Source of the DNA: Bacteroidales bacterium
Lineage (GTDB): Bacteria; Bacteroidota; Bacteroidia; Bacteroidales; CAIWKO01
Assembly: GCA_035389045.1 (NCBI GenBank)
Contig: DAOORA010000004.1
Location: forward strand, 1 to 42,245
DNA: 42,245 nt
Direction: 5' to 3'
Shown: positions 20,315 to 29,119 of the stretch, piece after piece
How positions within the stretch are numbered: position 1 is the first letter of the stretch
Layout of the letters: each line of letters opens with the position of its first letter
Made by a program: the position numbers and the translations under genes
The notes under the pieces: generated by a model
Seen by the model: the letters and a program-made list of their open reading frames with translations, nothing else
What the model was told of the DNA's origin: nothing
Databases searched by the model: none

Positions 20315-22039
20315 TTATAAAAGCACTTCGCGTTTGAAATATTTAGTATGCAGAAGTGTATGGCTTTTGTGCTGAAGTGGTTCGCCCAGGAAATTAGCAT
20401 ACAATTCAACAATTTCAGGATTTTTATGCGAAACCTTCAGTGTTTCCTTGTCATCAATTTCATAGAGTGCGTTCATACGTGCTTCAATAACTTTTTCAGT
20501 TATTCCGATACGTTGACCGCCACCGGCAATACATCCTCCCGGGCATGTCATAACTTCAATAAAATGAAGATCATTTCTTCCGTTACGGATTTCTTCTATC
20601 AGTTTGCCTGCATTGGCAAGGCCACTGACAACGGCGACTCCGATTTCCATATCATTGATCTTTATACGTGCCTCTTTATGTCCTTCAAGTCCTCGAACAG
20701 CATTTATTTTAAAGTTCGTCAGTTCATTTCCCGTAAGTTGTTTATAAGCCGTTCGTAAGGCTGCTTCCATTACACCGCCTGTAGCGCCGAAAATTTTTCC
20801 TGCCGAGCTGCGAACGCCCAGTGGGGAATCGGTCAGTTCAGGTTCAATGTTATGCATATCAATGCCATGGAGTTTTATCAGCTCAATGAGTTCGCGGGTA
20901 GTCAACACCATGTCTACATCGTTAATGCCCTCACGGCCCATGGTATCCCGTTGTGCTTCAAATTTCTTGGCGGTACAGGGCATAATAGATACGGAAAAGA
21001 TGTCTTTGGGTTCCAATTTGGCCTGCTGTGCAAAATAACTCTTAATTATGGCACCGGTCATCTGCTGCGGCGATTTGCAACTCGAAAGGTTATCAAGATA
21101 ATCGGGAGCAAACTCTTCGGCATATTTTACCCATGCGGGGCAACAGCTGGTAAACATGGGCATGGTTTTACCCTTTACGATACGATCAATAAGTTCTGCC
21201 GATTCTTCCATAATGGTTAAGTCGGCTCCGAAGGTGGTATCAAACACGTAAGTAAATCCTATCTTGCGCAGGGCAGCATTAAGGATTCCATTAATATCCT
21301 GCCCCGGTTTCATGCCAAACTCTTCAGCCAGGGAAACAGAGATAGACGGGGCATACTGCACCACGGCAACTTTGTCCTTATTGTGTAAAACATCCTGAAT
21401 TTCAGCGGTTTGGTTTCTTTCCGACAAGGCGCCGGTAGGGCAAACCATGATACACTGTCCGCAATTGACACAACTGGAAGTATTGAGGCCTTTGCCCATT
21501 GAAGTACCTATGAGTGTTTTGCTGCCACGGTTGATGTATTCAATGCACGACACGCCCATTACTTCTTCGCACACTCTGACGCATCGTCCGCAGAGGATAC
21601 ACTTTGCCGGGTCACGGATAATACTCAGGCTGGAATGATCCATTTTATGTTTGTTTTTTATGCCATGGATACGGCGGTCAACCACGTGATATTCTTTTGA
21701 AAGCTGCTGCAGCTCGCAATTTGCGTTTCTCACGCAGTAGAGGCAATCGTCGGGATGATTTGACAGCAGCAGCTCGACAATAGTTTTTCGTGCATCTAAT
21801 ACGCGGGGCGAATGCGTGTTGATTTTCATTCCGTCGCTGACAGGAAAAGAACAAGAACTCACGAGTTTGGCACTGCCTTCGAGTTCCACCACGCACATCC
21901 GGCAGGCGCCCGAGGGGATGAAGTTTTTCATATGACAAAGTGTAGGCACTTTGATACCGTTGCGGTTAAGCACTGTCAGAATCGTTTCGCCTTTTTCTGC
22001 CTGATATTTTTTTCCGTTGATTTCTATAGTCAAATTCAT
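20315..22039 (-). CDS. hydA: [FeFe]-hydrogenase catalytic subunit, group A multimeric type
   Basis: Canonical TSCCPAW, MPCTAKKFE, EVMTCPGGCIAGGGQ; N-terminal [2Fe-2S], HxxxCxxCx5C and 2x[4Fe-4S]. Confidence 0.96.
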   Translation of the reverse strand: MNLTIEINGKKYQAEKGETILTVLNRNGIKVPTLCHMKNFIPSGACRMCVVELEGSAKLVSSCSFPVSDGMKINTHSPRVLDARKTIVELLLSNHPDDCLYCVRNANCELQQLSKEYHVVDRRIHGIKNKHKMDHSSLSIIRDPAKCILCGRCVRVCEEVMGVSCIEYINRGSKTLIGTSMGKGLNTSSCVNCGQCIMVCPTGALSERNQTAEIQDVLHNKDKVAVVQYAPSISVSLAEEFGMKPGQDINGILNAALRKIGFTYVFDTTFGADLTIMEESAELIDRIVKGKTMPMFTSCCPAWVKYAEEFAPDYLDNLSSCKSPQQMTGAIIKSYFAQQAKLEPKDIFSVSIMPCTAKKFEAQRDTMGREGINDVDMVLTTRELIELIKLHGIDMHNIEPELTDSPLGVRSSAGKIFGATGGVMEAALRTAYKQLTGNELTNFKINAVRGLEGHKEARIKINDMEIGVAVVSGLANAGKLIEEIRNGRNDLHFIEVMTCPGGCIAGGGQRIGITEKVIEARMNALYEIDDKETLKVSHKNPEIVELYANFLGEPLQHKSHTLLHTKYFKREVLL

Positions 22040-22052
22040 AATATTCTAATTT

Positions 22053-23972
22053 TTAAATCATTTCAATAGCATCAAATTTGCATGTTTCGTAGCAAGCGCC
22101 GCAACCGATACATTTATCTTCCTGGATAAAATGCGGAGCTTTTCGGGATCCGATAATGGCCGAAGTGGGGCATTTTTTGGAGCAGGCCGTACAACCGGTA
22201 CATTTATCAACAATGATATGAAATTTTCTCAGGTCGGTACATTTTCCTGCCGGGCATACCCTCTCAAACACATGAGCTTCATATTCATGGCGGAAATAAC
22301 GCAGTGTGCTTAACACGGGATTGGGAGCAGATTGTCCGAGGCCGCAAAGCGATGTTTCTTTAATGACTTTTGCGAGTTTTTCCAATTGCATGACACCCTG
22401 AAACCTTTCGAGGGCATCTTTGTCGTCGTTGGATTTTGGTTTCGAGGTAATACTCTGTAATATTTCGAGCATACGCTTAGTACCTTCGCGACAGGGTATA
22501 CATTTACCGCAGCTTTCGCGCTGAATGAAATCCATAAAGAATTTCGCAATATCAACCATACAGGTTTCTTCGTCCATCACCACCAATCCTCCGGAACCCA
22601 TCATGGCTCCAACGGACAGCAGGTTTTGATAGTCAATTTCAATGTCAAGATTTTCTTCGGTAATACATCCACCCGAAGGACCGCCGATTTGTACCGCCTT
22701 GAATTTTTTGTCGAAAGCGATGCCGCCGGCAATATCAAAAATTATCTGGCGAACCGTTGTTCCCATGGGAATTTCAACAAGACCGGTATTTTTAACATTT
22801 CCTGACAGGGCAAATACTTTGGTTCCTTTGCTCTTGTCGGTGCCCGTGGAGCTAAACCAGTCAGCGCCCCTGAGAATGATTTCGGAGATGTTGGCATACG
22901 TTTCCACATTATTAATTACACTGGGTTTGCCAAACAAGCCGCTTTCGGCCGGAAATGGAGGACGAGGGCTGGGCATTCCGCGAAATCCTTCGATGCTGTG
23001 CATCAGGGCAGTTTCTTCGCCGCACACGAAAGCTCCGGCTCCCATTTTGATTTTTATTTTCAGGTCGTATCCGGTATTCAAAATATTATGACCGAGCAGA
23101 CCATATTCTTCTGCTTGTTTGATAGCGATCTTCAGGCGCTGGATAGCGAGCGGGTATTCGGCACGGATATAGATATAGGCCACAGTGGCGCCTACGGCAT
23201 ACGATCCGATGGCCAGACCTTCGAGGAGCCGGTGGGGGTCGCCTTCGATGACAGCGCGATCCATAAAAGCGCCGGGGTCGCCTTCGTCGGCATTACAAAT
23301 CATGTATTTCTGGTCGGCCTGAGTTTTGAAAGCCAATCTCCATTTGGTTCCTGTAGGGAATCCGCCGCCGCCACGTCCGCGCAAGCCGCTTTTTTCAATA
23401 GCAGAAATTACGTCTTCGGGCGACAGGGTTTTCACGGCTTTGATAAAGCCGGCATAGCCGCCCCTGGAGATATATTCTTCAAAACTCACGGGATTAATAA
23501 CGCCACAGTTCTTAAGAACTAAACGTTTTTGTTTGACAAAAAACGGGTGCTGGTTGATATCATTAACACCCTGCCACGGTTTTAGTTCATCGCTCATAAA
23601 CTGTCCGAGAACATTTTCTGTCATCGTTTTTCCGGCGATAACGGTGTTGAGAATATCATTGACTTTATCAAAGGTCACTTTTCCGAAAGATATCCTGTTC
23701 CTGCCCGGCAGCCTGACATCCATAATGGGTTCAACGGCACAGAATCCTATGCAGCCAACTTCTACTATATCGGCTTCCATAGTATTGAATTTCAGATATT
23801 CTTCGATGGCCGCTTTAGTCTTTGCCGCACCAGCGCCAAGTCCGCAGGTTCCTGCACCTATAAAAATGGAAGTTTTGTCGTGACCTGCATTTCTTTCAAA
23901 TGCACCGTTATTTAAGTCAGTTTCTATGCCGGCAGCGAGGTTCTCCAGGTAATGTTTTACTGAATTGTTCAT
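22053..23972 (-). CDS. hydB: NuoF-like diaphorase subunit HydB of the hydrogenase
   Basis: N-terminal thioredoxin-like [2Fe-2S], SGLRGRGGGGFPTG, NADEGDPGAFMDR, GAGAFVCGEETAL, GGPSGG, ESCGKCIPCREG, C-terminal 2x[4Fe-4S]. Confidence 0.95.
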   Translation of the reverse strand: MNNSVKHYLENLAAGIETDLNNGAFERNAGHDKTSIFIGAGTCGLGAGAAKTKAAIEEYLKFNTMEADIVEVGCIGFCAVEPIMDVRLPGRNRISFGKVTFDKVNDILNTVIAGKTMTENVLGQFMSDELKPWQGVNDINQHPFFVKQKRLVLKNCGVINPVSFEEYISRGGYAGFIKAVKTLSPEDVISAIEKSGLRGRGGGGFPTGTKWRLAFKTQADQKYMICNADEGDPGAFMDRAVIEGDPHRLLEGLAIGSYAVGATVAYIYIRAEYPLAIQRLKIAIKQAEEYGLLGHNILNTGYDLKIKIKMGAGAFVCGEETALMHSIEGFRGMPSPRPPFPAESGLFGKPSVINNVETYANISEIILRGADWFSSTGTDKSKGTKVFALSGNVKNTGLVEIPMGTTVRQIIFDIAGGIAFDKKFKAVQIGGPSGGCITEENLDIEIDYQNLLSVGAMMGSGGLVVMDEETCMVDIAKFFMDFIQRESCGKCIPCREGTKRMLEILQSITSKPKSNDDKDALERFQGVMQLEKLAKVIKETSLCGLGQSAPNPVLSTLRYFRHEYEAHVFERVCPAGKCTDLRKFHIIVDKCTGCTACSKKCPTSAIIGSRKAPHFIQEDKCIGCGACYETCKFDAIEMI

Positions 23973-24439
23973 ATCGTTTGTTCTTTAGCTATAAATGATT
24001 CAACTATTTCCTTTAATTTTTCAGTGGTGACCTTAGCAAAAAACTCTCCGTTGATGTTTATCACCGGGGCAAGACCGCACGCACCGATACATGCCACGAC
24101 CTCAATGCTGAAAAGTCCATCACGGGAGGTTTGTCCGGCTTTAATTTTCAAAATAGATTCCAGTTCCTGCAGTACGGTGGCCGATCCGAGCACATGACAG
24201 GCTGTACCCCGGCATACCATGATATGGTATTTTCCGATGGGTTCAAACCTGAATTGATTATAAAATGTAGCAACACCGTAGATTTTGCTGGTAGGTATCT
24301 TCAACTTCAGTCCGGTTTTAACAATTGCTACTTCGGATAAATAACCTTCATGTTCCTGGATTTCCTGTAAAAGCGGGATCAAAGAGTCCCTGCCGCAGTT
24401 TTCGTAGTTTTCAAGTATTTTATCAATTGCTTTTTCCAT
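23969..24439 (-). CDS. hydC: NuoE-like [2Fe-2S] subunit HydC
   Basis: GVATFYNQF, VCRGTACH, ACIGACGLAP; stop overlaps the hydB start (ATGA). Confidence 0.95.
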   Translation of the reverse strand: MEKAIDKILENYENCGRDSLIPLLQEIQEHEGYLSEVAIVKTGLKLKIPTSKIYGVATFYNQFRFEPIGKYHIMVCRGTACHVLGSATVLQELESILKIKAGQTSRDGLFSIEVVACIGACGLAPVININGEFFAKVTTEKLKEIVESFIAKEQTI

Positions 24440-24475
24440 ATTAATAGGTGTTGCTACATTTAAATTTGTTAATAA

Positions 24476-24982
24476 CTATATTTGTTTTTCACCTAAAATC
24501 CGTGTGAGTTCGGGAAGTAACCTTTTGACGTCAACCGGTTTTCTGATGAAACCGTCCACCGGGAACCAGATGCTTTTTCCGTCTTCCGAAAGATAATCCA
24601 CGCCGGCTTTTCCGGTATTGATATCTTTTACCAGGATGACATGTAAATCTTTAAATCCCGGATTTTTTCTGAATTCCCGGGCCATCGCCTGAACATCCGG
24701 TTTGGTAGTGGTCAGAATGTCAATGGAGGTTTGCATCAGTACCGGCATTTTCGAAAGCTCAGGATCATCGGTAATTTCTTTTGCCAGTTCAAAACCCTCG
24801 TAATGAGTTGTCATCATTACATCGAGTATCGCCAGATCGGGTTTTTCTTCCCTGATCTTTTTCATGCCTTCGATTTTGTCATTTGCGGCAATGACAATGT
24901 ATCCTTCTTTTTTAAGGATTGTTTCAATGATGGTGATCACATCAATGTCATCATCTACGATTAAAATTTTTTTGGTTTCCAT
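24476..24982 (-). CDS. Single-domain response regulator with internal insertion
   Basis: LIVDDD, AILDVMM, MQTS, then ~50 residues before DGFIRKP. Confidence 0.9.
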   Translation of the reverse strand: METKKILIVDDDIDVITIIETILKKEGYIVIAANDKIEGMKKIREEKPDLAILDVMMTTHYEGFELAKEITDDPELSKMPVLMQTSIDILTTTKPDVQAMAREFRKNPGFKDLHVILVKDINTGKAGVDYLSEDGKSIWFPVDGFIRKPVDVKRLLPELTRILGEKQI

Positions 24983-25002
24983 AACTTGTTTTTTAATGTT
25001 CG

Positions 25003-25395
25003 TTAATAATTCTTTATTTTGAAAAAGTCTCCTGTTTTAATACCATTTATTATACCTGCCAGCAAATCGTAATTATCCGCTGATTTCGACAGGAAACCGT
25101 TGGCTCCTGCTTCAATCATCCGGTCTATATAATACTGTGTCTCATAAGATGAAAATGCCATAATAGGCAGTTCGGGATAAACGGTTTTTGCTCTGCGTGT
25201 AGCCTCTACGCCATCCATCACCGGCATTTTGACATCCATAAAAACAAGGTCGGCGGCACATTGGCCGATCAGGTTCAGAAATTCCTCCCCGTTGGAGGCT
25301 TCAGCAACGATTTCCACATCACCGATGTTGAGAAGGATCGTTTTCAAAGCTTTACGAAAAGTTTCTTCATTATCAACTATTATTACCCTGATCAT
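25003..25395 (-). CDS. NarL-type receiver domain protein without DNA-binding domain
   Basis: MIRVIIVDNE...FMDVKMPVMDG...GANGFLSK; resembles the N-terminal half of 25949-26587. Confidence 0.85.
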   Translation of the reverse strand: MIRVIIVDNEETFRKALKTILLNIGDVEIVAEASNGEEFLNLIGQCAADLVFMDVKMPVMDGVEATRRAKTVYPELPIMAFSSYETQYYIDRMIEAGANGFLSKSADNYDLLAGIINGIKTGDFFKIKNY

Positions 25396-25415
25396 TGTTA
25401 CCTTTTTTGACGATA

Positions 25416-25423
25416 CAAAATTA
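25416..25423 (-). promoter_or_regulatory. -7 promoter box of the hydrogenase operon
   Basis: TAATTTTG on the minus strand, 20 bp upstream of ATG 25395. Confidence 0.6.
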
Positions 25424-25468
25424 TAATGGTAACATGGGGCAGAAAAGAGTAAAACACACATACAGCAT

Positions 25469-25488
25469 AACAGGTATAAACACCTGTT
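25469..25488. promoter_or_regulatory. Palindromic operator candidate 1
   Basis: Perfect AACAGGT-N6-ACCTGTT, ~45 bp upstream of the -7 box. Confidence 0.65.
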
Positions 25489-25637
25489 TTGAAATAGGAA
25501 TGTCTTTGCCAATAAGGGTTACAGAAAAAAATGCTTGCTTACATTCTCCGGAAATTTTTCATTACAATTTTATAAACACTTGATTTTGATCTGTTTACAC
25601 AAATTTGATTTTTAAATTTTTCTTTTTAATTTTCCAT

Positions 25638-25657
25638 AACAGGTATTTATACCCGGT
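25638..25657. promoter_or_regulatory. Palindromic operator candidate 2
   Basis: AACAGGT-N6-ACCCGGT; shares CATAACAGGTAT with site 1. Confidence 0.55.
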
Positions 25658-25948
25658 ATTAAACTGGCCTTTTGTCGATATTTTTTACCTGTTTGTCGAA
25701 AAATAAGGTAACAGAAGGAGTAATCCGACAAAAAAATCTGTACTATTTTGCCTTACGTTCCATATATTATAATGTGAAGTTCGGTTTTTTCACCTTAAAG
25801 GTGGTGAAGCAGGAATATATATTACTAATAAATCAAATGACAGAGGTTATTACCTTACAGGTGAACACTGAAAAGTGATTTGAACGGGATTTGATGTTTA
25901 CGGCGGTATGGCTGCTGCTAAAACCGGATTAAAGTAGTATAATGATGA

Positions 25949-26587
25949 TCAGGCATTTATCAGCCCGTTTTTTATAGCAAACATCACCAGGTGCGGAGAG
26001 TTTTTAGCTCCTGTTTTTTCGAGCAGGTGGGCACGGTGTCCGTCGACGGTTCTGGCGCTGACACCCAGAAATTTGGAAATCTCGGCATTTGACATTCCCC
26101 TGCAGATCAGTTCAAGCACTTCCTGTTCCCGGTCGGTAAGTTCGATGCTGGCTATACGTGAGACTGGCCGCTGAGTGCGGTTTACATTGCTGATAAACTC
26201 TTCTGAAAAATAGTTCTCGCCCAGCATCACCTGGTTGATGGCACGCTGTAACTCATCCTTGTTGGTTTTTTTCAGCAAAAAGCCATCTGCGCCGGCTTCG
26301 ATCATCTGATTAAAATAACTGATCTCTTCGAACATGGTCAGGGCGATAACCTTGATTTTCGGATATTTCTCTACAATTCTCCGGGTAGCTTCAATGCCAT
26401 CCATCACAGGCATGCGTATATCCATCAGTACCAGGTCGGCCTCATGATTTTTGAGAAGGTCAAACAATTCGTGTCCGTTCTGGGCTTCACCAATAACTTT
26501 AACTTCATCCATTTCATTCAGGACGATCCGGAGTCCTTTGCGAAAAATCTCGTGATCATCGGCAATCACTAATCTGATGATGTGCAT
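25949..26587 (-). CDS. NarL/FixJ-family response regulator with LuxR HTH
   Basis: IADDH, LMDIRMP, LTDREQEVLELICRGMSNAEIS...RTVDGHR. Confidence 0.95.
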   Translation of the reverse strand: MHIIRLVIADDHEIFRKGLRIVLNEMDEVKVIGEAQNGHELFDLLKNHEADLVLMDIRMPVMDGIEATRRIVEKYPKIKVIALTMFEEISYFNQMIEAGADGFLLKKTNKDELQRAINQVMLGENYFSEEFISNVNRTQRPVSRIASIELTDREQEVLELICRGMSNAEISKFLGVSARTVDGHRAHLLEKTGAKNSPHLVMFAIKNGLINA

Positions 26588-26594
26588 AAAGATT

Positions 26595-27896
26595 TCATTT
26601 TACATTCAGCGTAACCAGCACCGACATGCCCTCTCCTTCCCTGCTCTTGATCAGCGACATGCCGTTGATAGTTTTCACTTTGTTTACAATATTATTCAAA
26701 CCGAGGCCGGCAGGCTGCTGCAGTTTTTCGTCCACGTCAAACCCGATACCATCATCTTTGTAATAAAGGTTTACCTGATTGTCGTGGCTTTCGAGAAAAA
26801 TCTCAATGTTCGCAGCCTGCGAGTGTTTCAGCGAGTTATTCACGAGTTCCTTGATACTCTGGAACAGCACCGTTTCTTCGATCCGCGGGCCGCTTAGTCT
26901 GTACTGCGAAGTGTCGAGGGTGATCTTTACCGACCGGGTGTTATTGATATAATTACAAAAATCCTTCACTGCTGCCGGCAGACCAAAATCATGCAGTATG
27001 CTGGGCATGATATTGTTCGATATCTCACGAGCGGAAACGATAGCTTTATCAATAAGTTCGTCAACAGATTGTAAAGTTTCAGCCGGACTTATTTTATTAA
27101 AATTACCTTTCTTCAACAGGTCGGTATAAAGTTTTATGGTTGACAAAAGAGGCGCCAGGCCATCGTGCAGGTCGGCAGCAAAACGCTGACGTTCCCGTTC
27201 CTCGGTTTCGATGATGGCAGCGGCAATTTTCCGTTCAATTTCCTTGCGTTCGGTGATATTGCGGGCAATGCTGAGTATCGCTTTTTTTCCGAAATAATCA
27301 ATCACCCGGCTTGACATTTCAAGAAATATCACCGAGCCATTTTTTGTCAGGTGTTCGGTTTCGTAAATGTGGTGGCCATTTTTGATGATAATTTCTATAT
27401 TCTTTTTTACCAAAGGAATATATTTAGGTGTTTTGATATCGGCAAAGTTCTTTTTCATCAGTTCGCTGCGTGTGTAACCCAGGCGTTTGATAACTTCCTG
27501 GTTGACTTCGATGAAATTACCTTCAAAGTCGGCGAGAAAAATCTCATCTCCCGAATTATCAAACAATAGTTGAAAACGGTTTTCCGATTCTATTCGCCTT
27601 TCATCCGCTTTTTTTACGCTGCGCAACAGGTTGCCTATGCGTAACACCCCCACGGATAAAAGTACAGCGACAAACAATACCAAGACGAAATAAATTGTGA
27701 GTATAACTGAATATTTTTGGCCGGAGTACAAAATGAATATTTCGATCAACTGTGCCACAATGAAAAAAACTATGGCCAGACCAATCATAATCCACGACTT
27801 ACGGCTTTTGACGTAATCAAGCATCCGGATGATAAATGTCAGCGTGATGATCAGAATTATTGAAGTCAGGATCAGAATGACAATATTAGGAAGCAT
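26595..27896 (-). CDS. Membrane PAS-domain sensor histidine kinase (HisKA_3 type)
   Basis: Three hydrophobic helices, PAS/PAC (RNITERK), ERQRFAADLHDG, ELVNNSLKHS, DDGIGF, GLGL; TAACTTTG box at 27914-27921. Confidence 0.93.
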   Translation of the reverse strand: MLPNIVILILTSIILIITLTFIIRMLDYVKSRKSWIMIGLAIVFFIVAQLIEIFILYSGQKYSVILTIYFVLVLFVAVLLSVGVLRIGNLLRSVKKADERRIESENRFQLLFDNSGDEIFLADFEGNFIEVNQEVIKRLGYTRSELMKKNFADIKTPKYIPLVKKNIEIIIKNGHHIYETEHLTKNGSVIFLEMSSRVIDYFGKKAILSIARNITERKEIERKIAAAIIETEERERQRFAADLHDGLAPLLSTIKLYTDLLKKGNFNKISPAETLQSVDELIDKAIVSAREISNNIMPSILHDFGLPAAVKDFCNYINNTRSVKITLDTSQYRLSGPRIEETVLFQSIKELVNNSLKHSQAANIEIFLESHDNQVNLYYKDDGIGFDVDEKLQQPAGLGLNNIVNKVKTINGMSLIKSREGEGMSVLVTLNVK

Positions 27897-28037
27897 GTCT
27901 GTATTTTATGAGGCAAAGTTAATGATAAATGTCTTTTAAAAGGTAAATTGTTTTACCCTGGCAGGCTTGAAGATTCAATCATACCAGAGGAAAATCAATA
28001 GGTTCTCCCAATCAAAGTAACGGTGGCTGCGTACAAC

Positions 28038-28358
28038 TTAAAATGTTACCACTTTGTCAGCCCAGATTACCAGGTTTACACAATCTAACATAGACGACAG
28101 CGGACAGGCTTCGGAACTGCTCAACTGCCTTGCTTTTAAGCATGTTCCACAGGCAAGTATTTCTCCGCCAACAGAAATAAATTTCCTGAGTTGATCGTCC
28201 ACATTATATTTTTCATGCGTCAAACCTTCACATTCAACGGCTTCTCCCATTAAAAACATTTTTACTTCATGTCCCTGCTTTTTAGCTGTAACAGCAAATC
28301 TGAATGCATTCCAGGCCTTTTCATATTCTTTGGTTTCAAGTATTACTCCGATTTTCAT
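28038..28358 (-). CDS. DsrE/DsrF-family protein
   Basis: AWNAFRFA, MFLMGEAVE, ILACGTCLKAR, CPLSSM, ADKVVTF. The alternative start at 28385 falls inside a MITE-like terminal repeat. Confidence 0.88.
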   Translation of the reverse strand: MKIGVILETKEYEKAWNAFRFAVTAKKQGHEVKMFLMGEAVECEGLTHEKYNVDDQLRKFISVGGEILACGTCLKARQLSSSEACPLSSMLDCVNLVIWADKVVTF

Positions 28359-28370
28359 GTTATTTATTTT

Positions 28371-28696
28371 ACTGAAGTTTCGCATGATTTTTTTATGTCA
28401 CGCGGACACAGCGCGGCAATGAGGGTTGATACGAACCATTTTCTTGATGTTTAATTTATTTCTTCCTTCGTGTCCCTTTGTGAATTTCCTTCGTGCGACT
28501 TCGTGGTTAAGTTTTTTTACCACTAAGGCGCACAAAGTGTTTGCACTAAGGCGCACAAAGGAGAATCTGCTCTGACTGACCGTGGTTTTGTTCTTTTTGA
28601 CTATATGTAAAAAAGTTGTTTTCTATAATGTTATTCTCTTTGCAATCCACAAATGATACGTATTTATCAATTTTATTTTTTATGCGAAACTTCAAT
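28371..28696. mobile_element. MITE-like non-autonomous element with internal hairpin repeat
   Basis: Perfect 13-bp terminal inverted repeats TGAAGTTTCGCAT (28373-28385) and ATGCGAAACTTCA (28682-28694); internal imperfect palindrome at 28465-28561. Confidence 0.6.
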
Positions 28697-28699
28697 TAT

Positions 28700-29119
28700 T
28701 TAAAATGTCAATACAATTTTATTTTTCCTGACGACATCGTACAGATCCGCCATGGAAGAATATACACAAACCTTAGGCGAATTTAGATTTCTGCTTTGCA
28801 AACATGTTCCGCATCCTTTTATTTTCCCTCCCCAGTCCAAAAACAAGTCTGTTTGTTCTTTTAGTTCCTCATTTGTTTTTACAAGTGTATCCAGTTCAAC
28901 TCCTTTACCTAATAAAAAAATGGTAACCGTGTCGCCCGCTTTTAATGAAAAGTTGGCCAATCGCAGCGCATTCCATACTGTTTCAATATCATTGGAGTAT
29001 ATCACCATACCAATACTTGTAGGTTTTGTGGTATTCGTAAGGTTTTTTTCACTCTGACCATAAATAACGCCGGCCAGAATACATATCAAAACGAATAGAA
29101 AAAACAATTTTCTTTTCAT
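28700..29119 (-). CDS. DsrE/DsrF-family protein with signal peptide
   Basis: MKRKLFFLFVLICILAGVIYG leader; VWNALRLA, IFLLGKGVE, GCGTCLQSR; paralog of 28038-28358. Confidence 0.88.
   Translation of the reverse strand: MKRKLFFLFVLICILAGVIYGQSEKNLTNTTKPTSIGMVIYSNDIETVWNALRLANFSLKAGDTVTIFLLGKGVELDTLVKTNEELKEQTDLFLDWGGKIKGCGTCLQSRNLNSPKVCVYSSMADLYDVVRKNKIVLTF

Noticed and set aside
25396..25512. N-terminal extension of the receiver ORF
   Set aside because: Overlaps the promoter box and operator palindrome; the domain begins at ATG 25395.
28465..28561. CRISPR-like mini array
   Set aside because: Only two 17-bp units separated by 6 bp inside a palindrome; no spacers and no cas genes.
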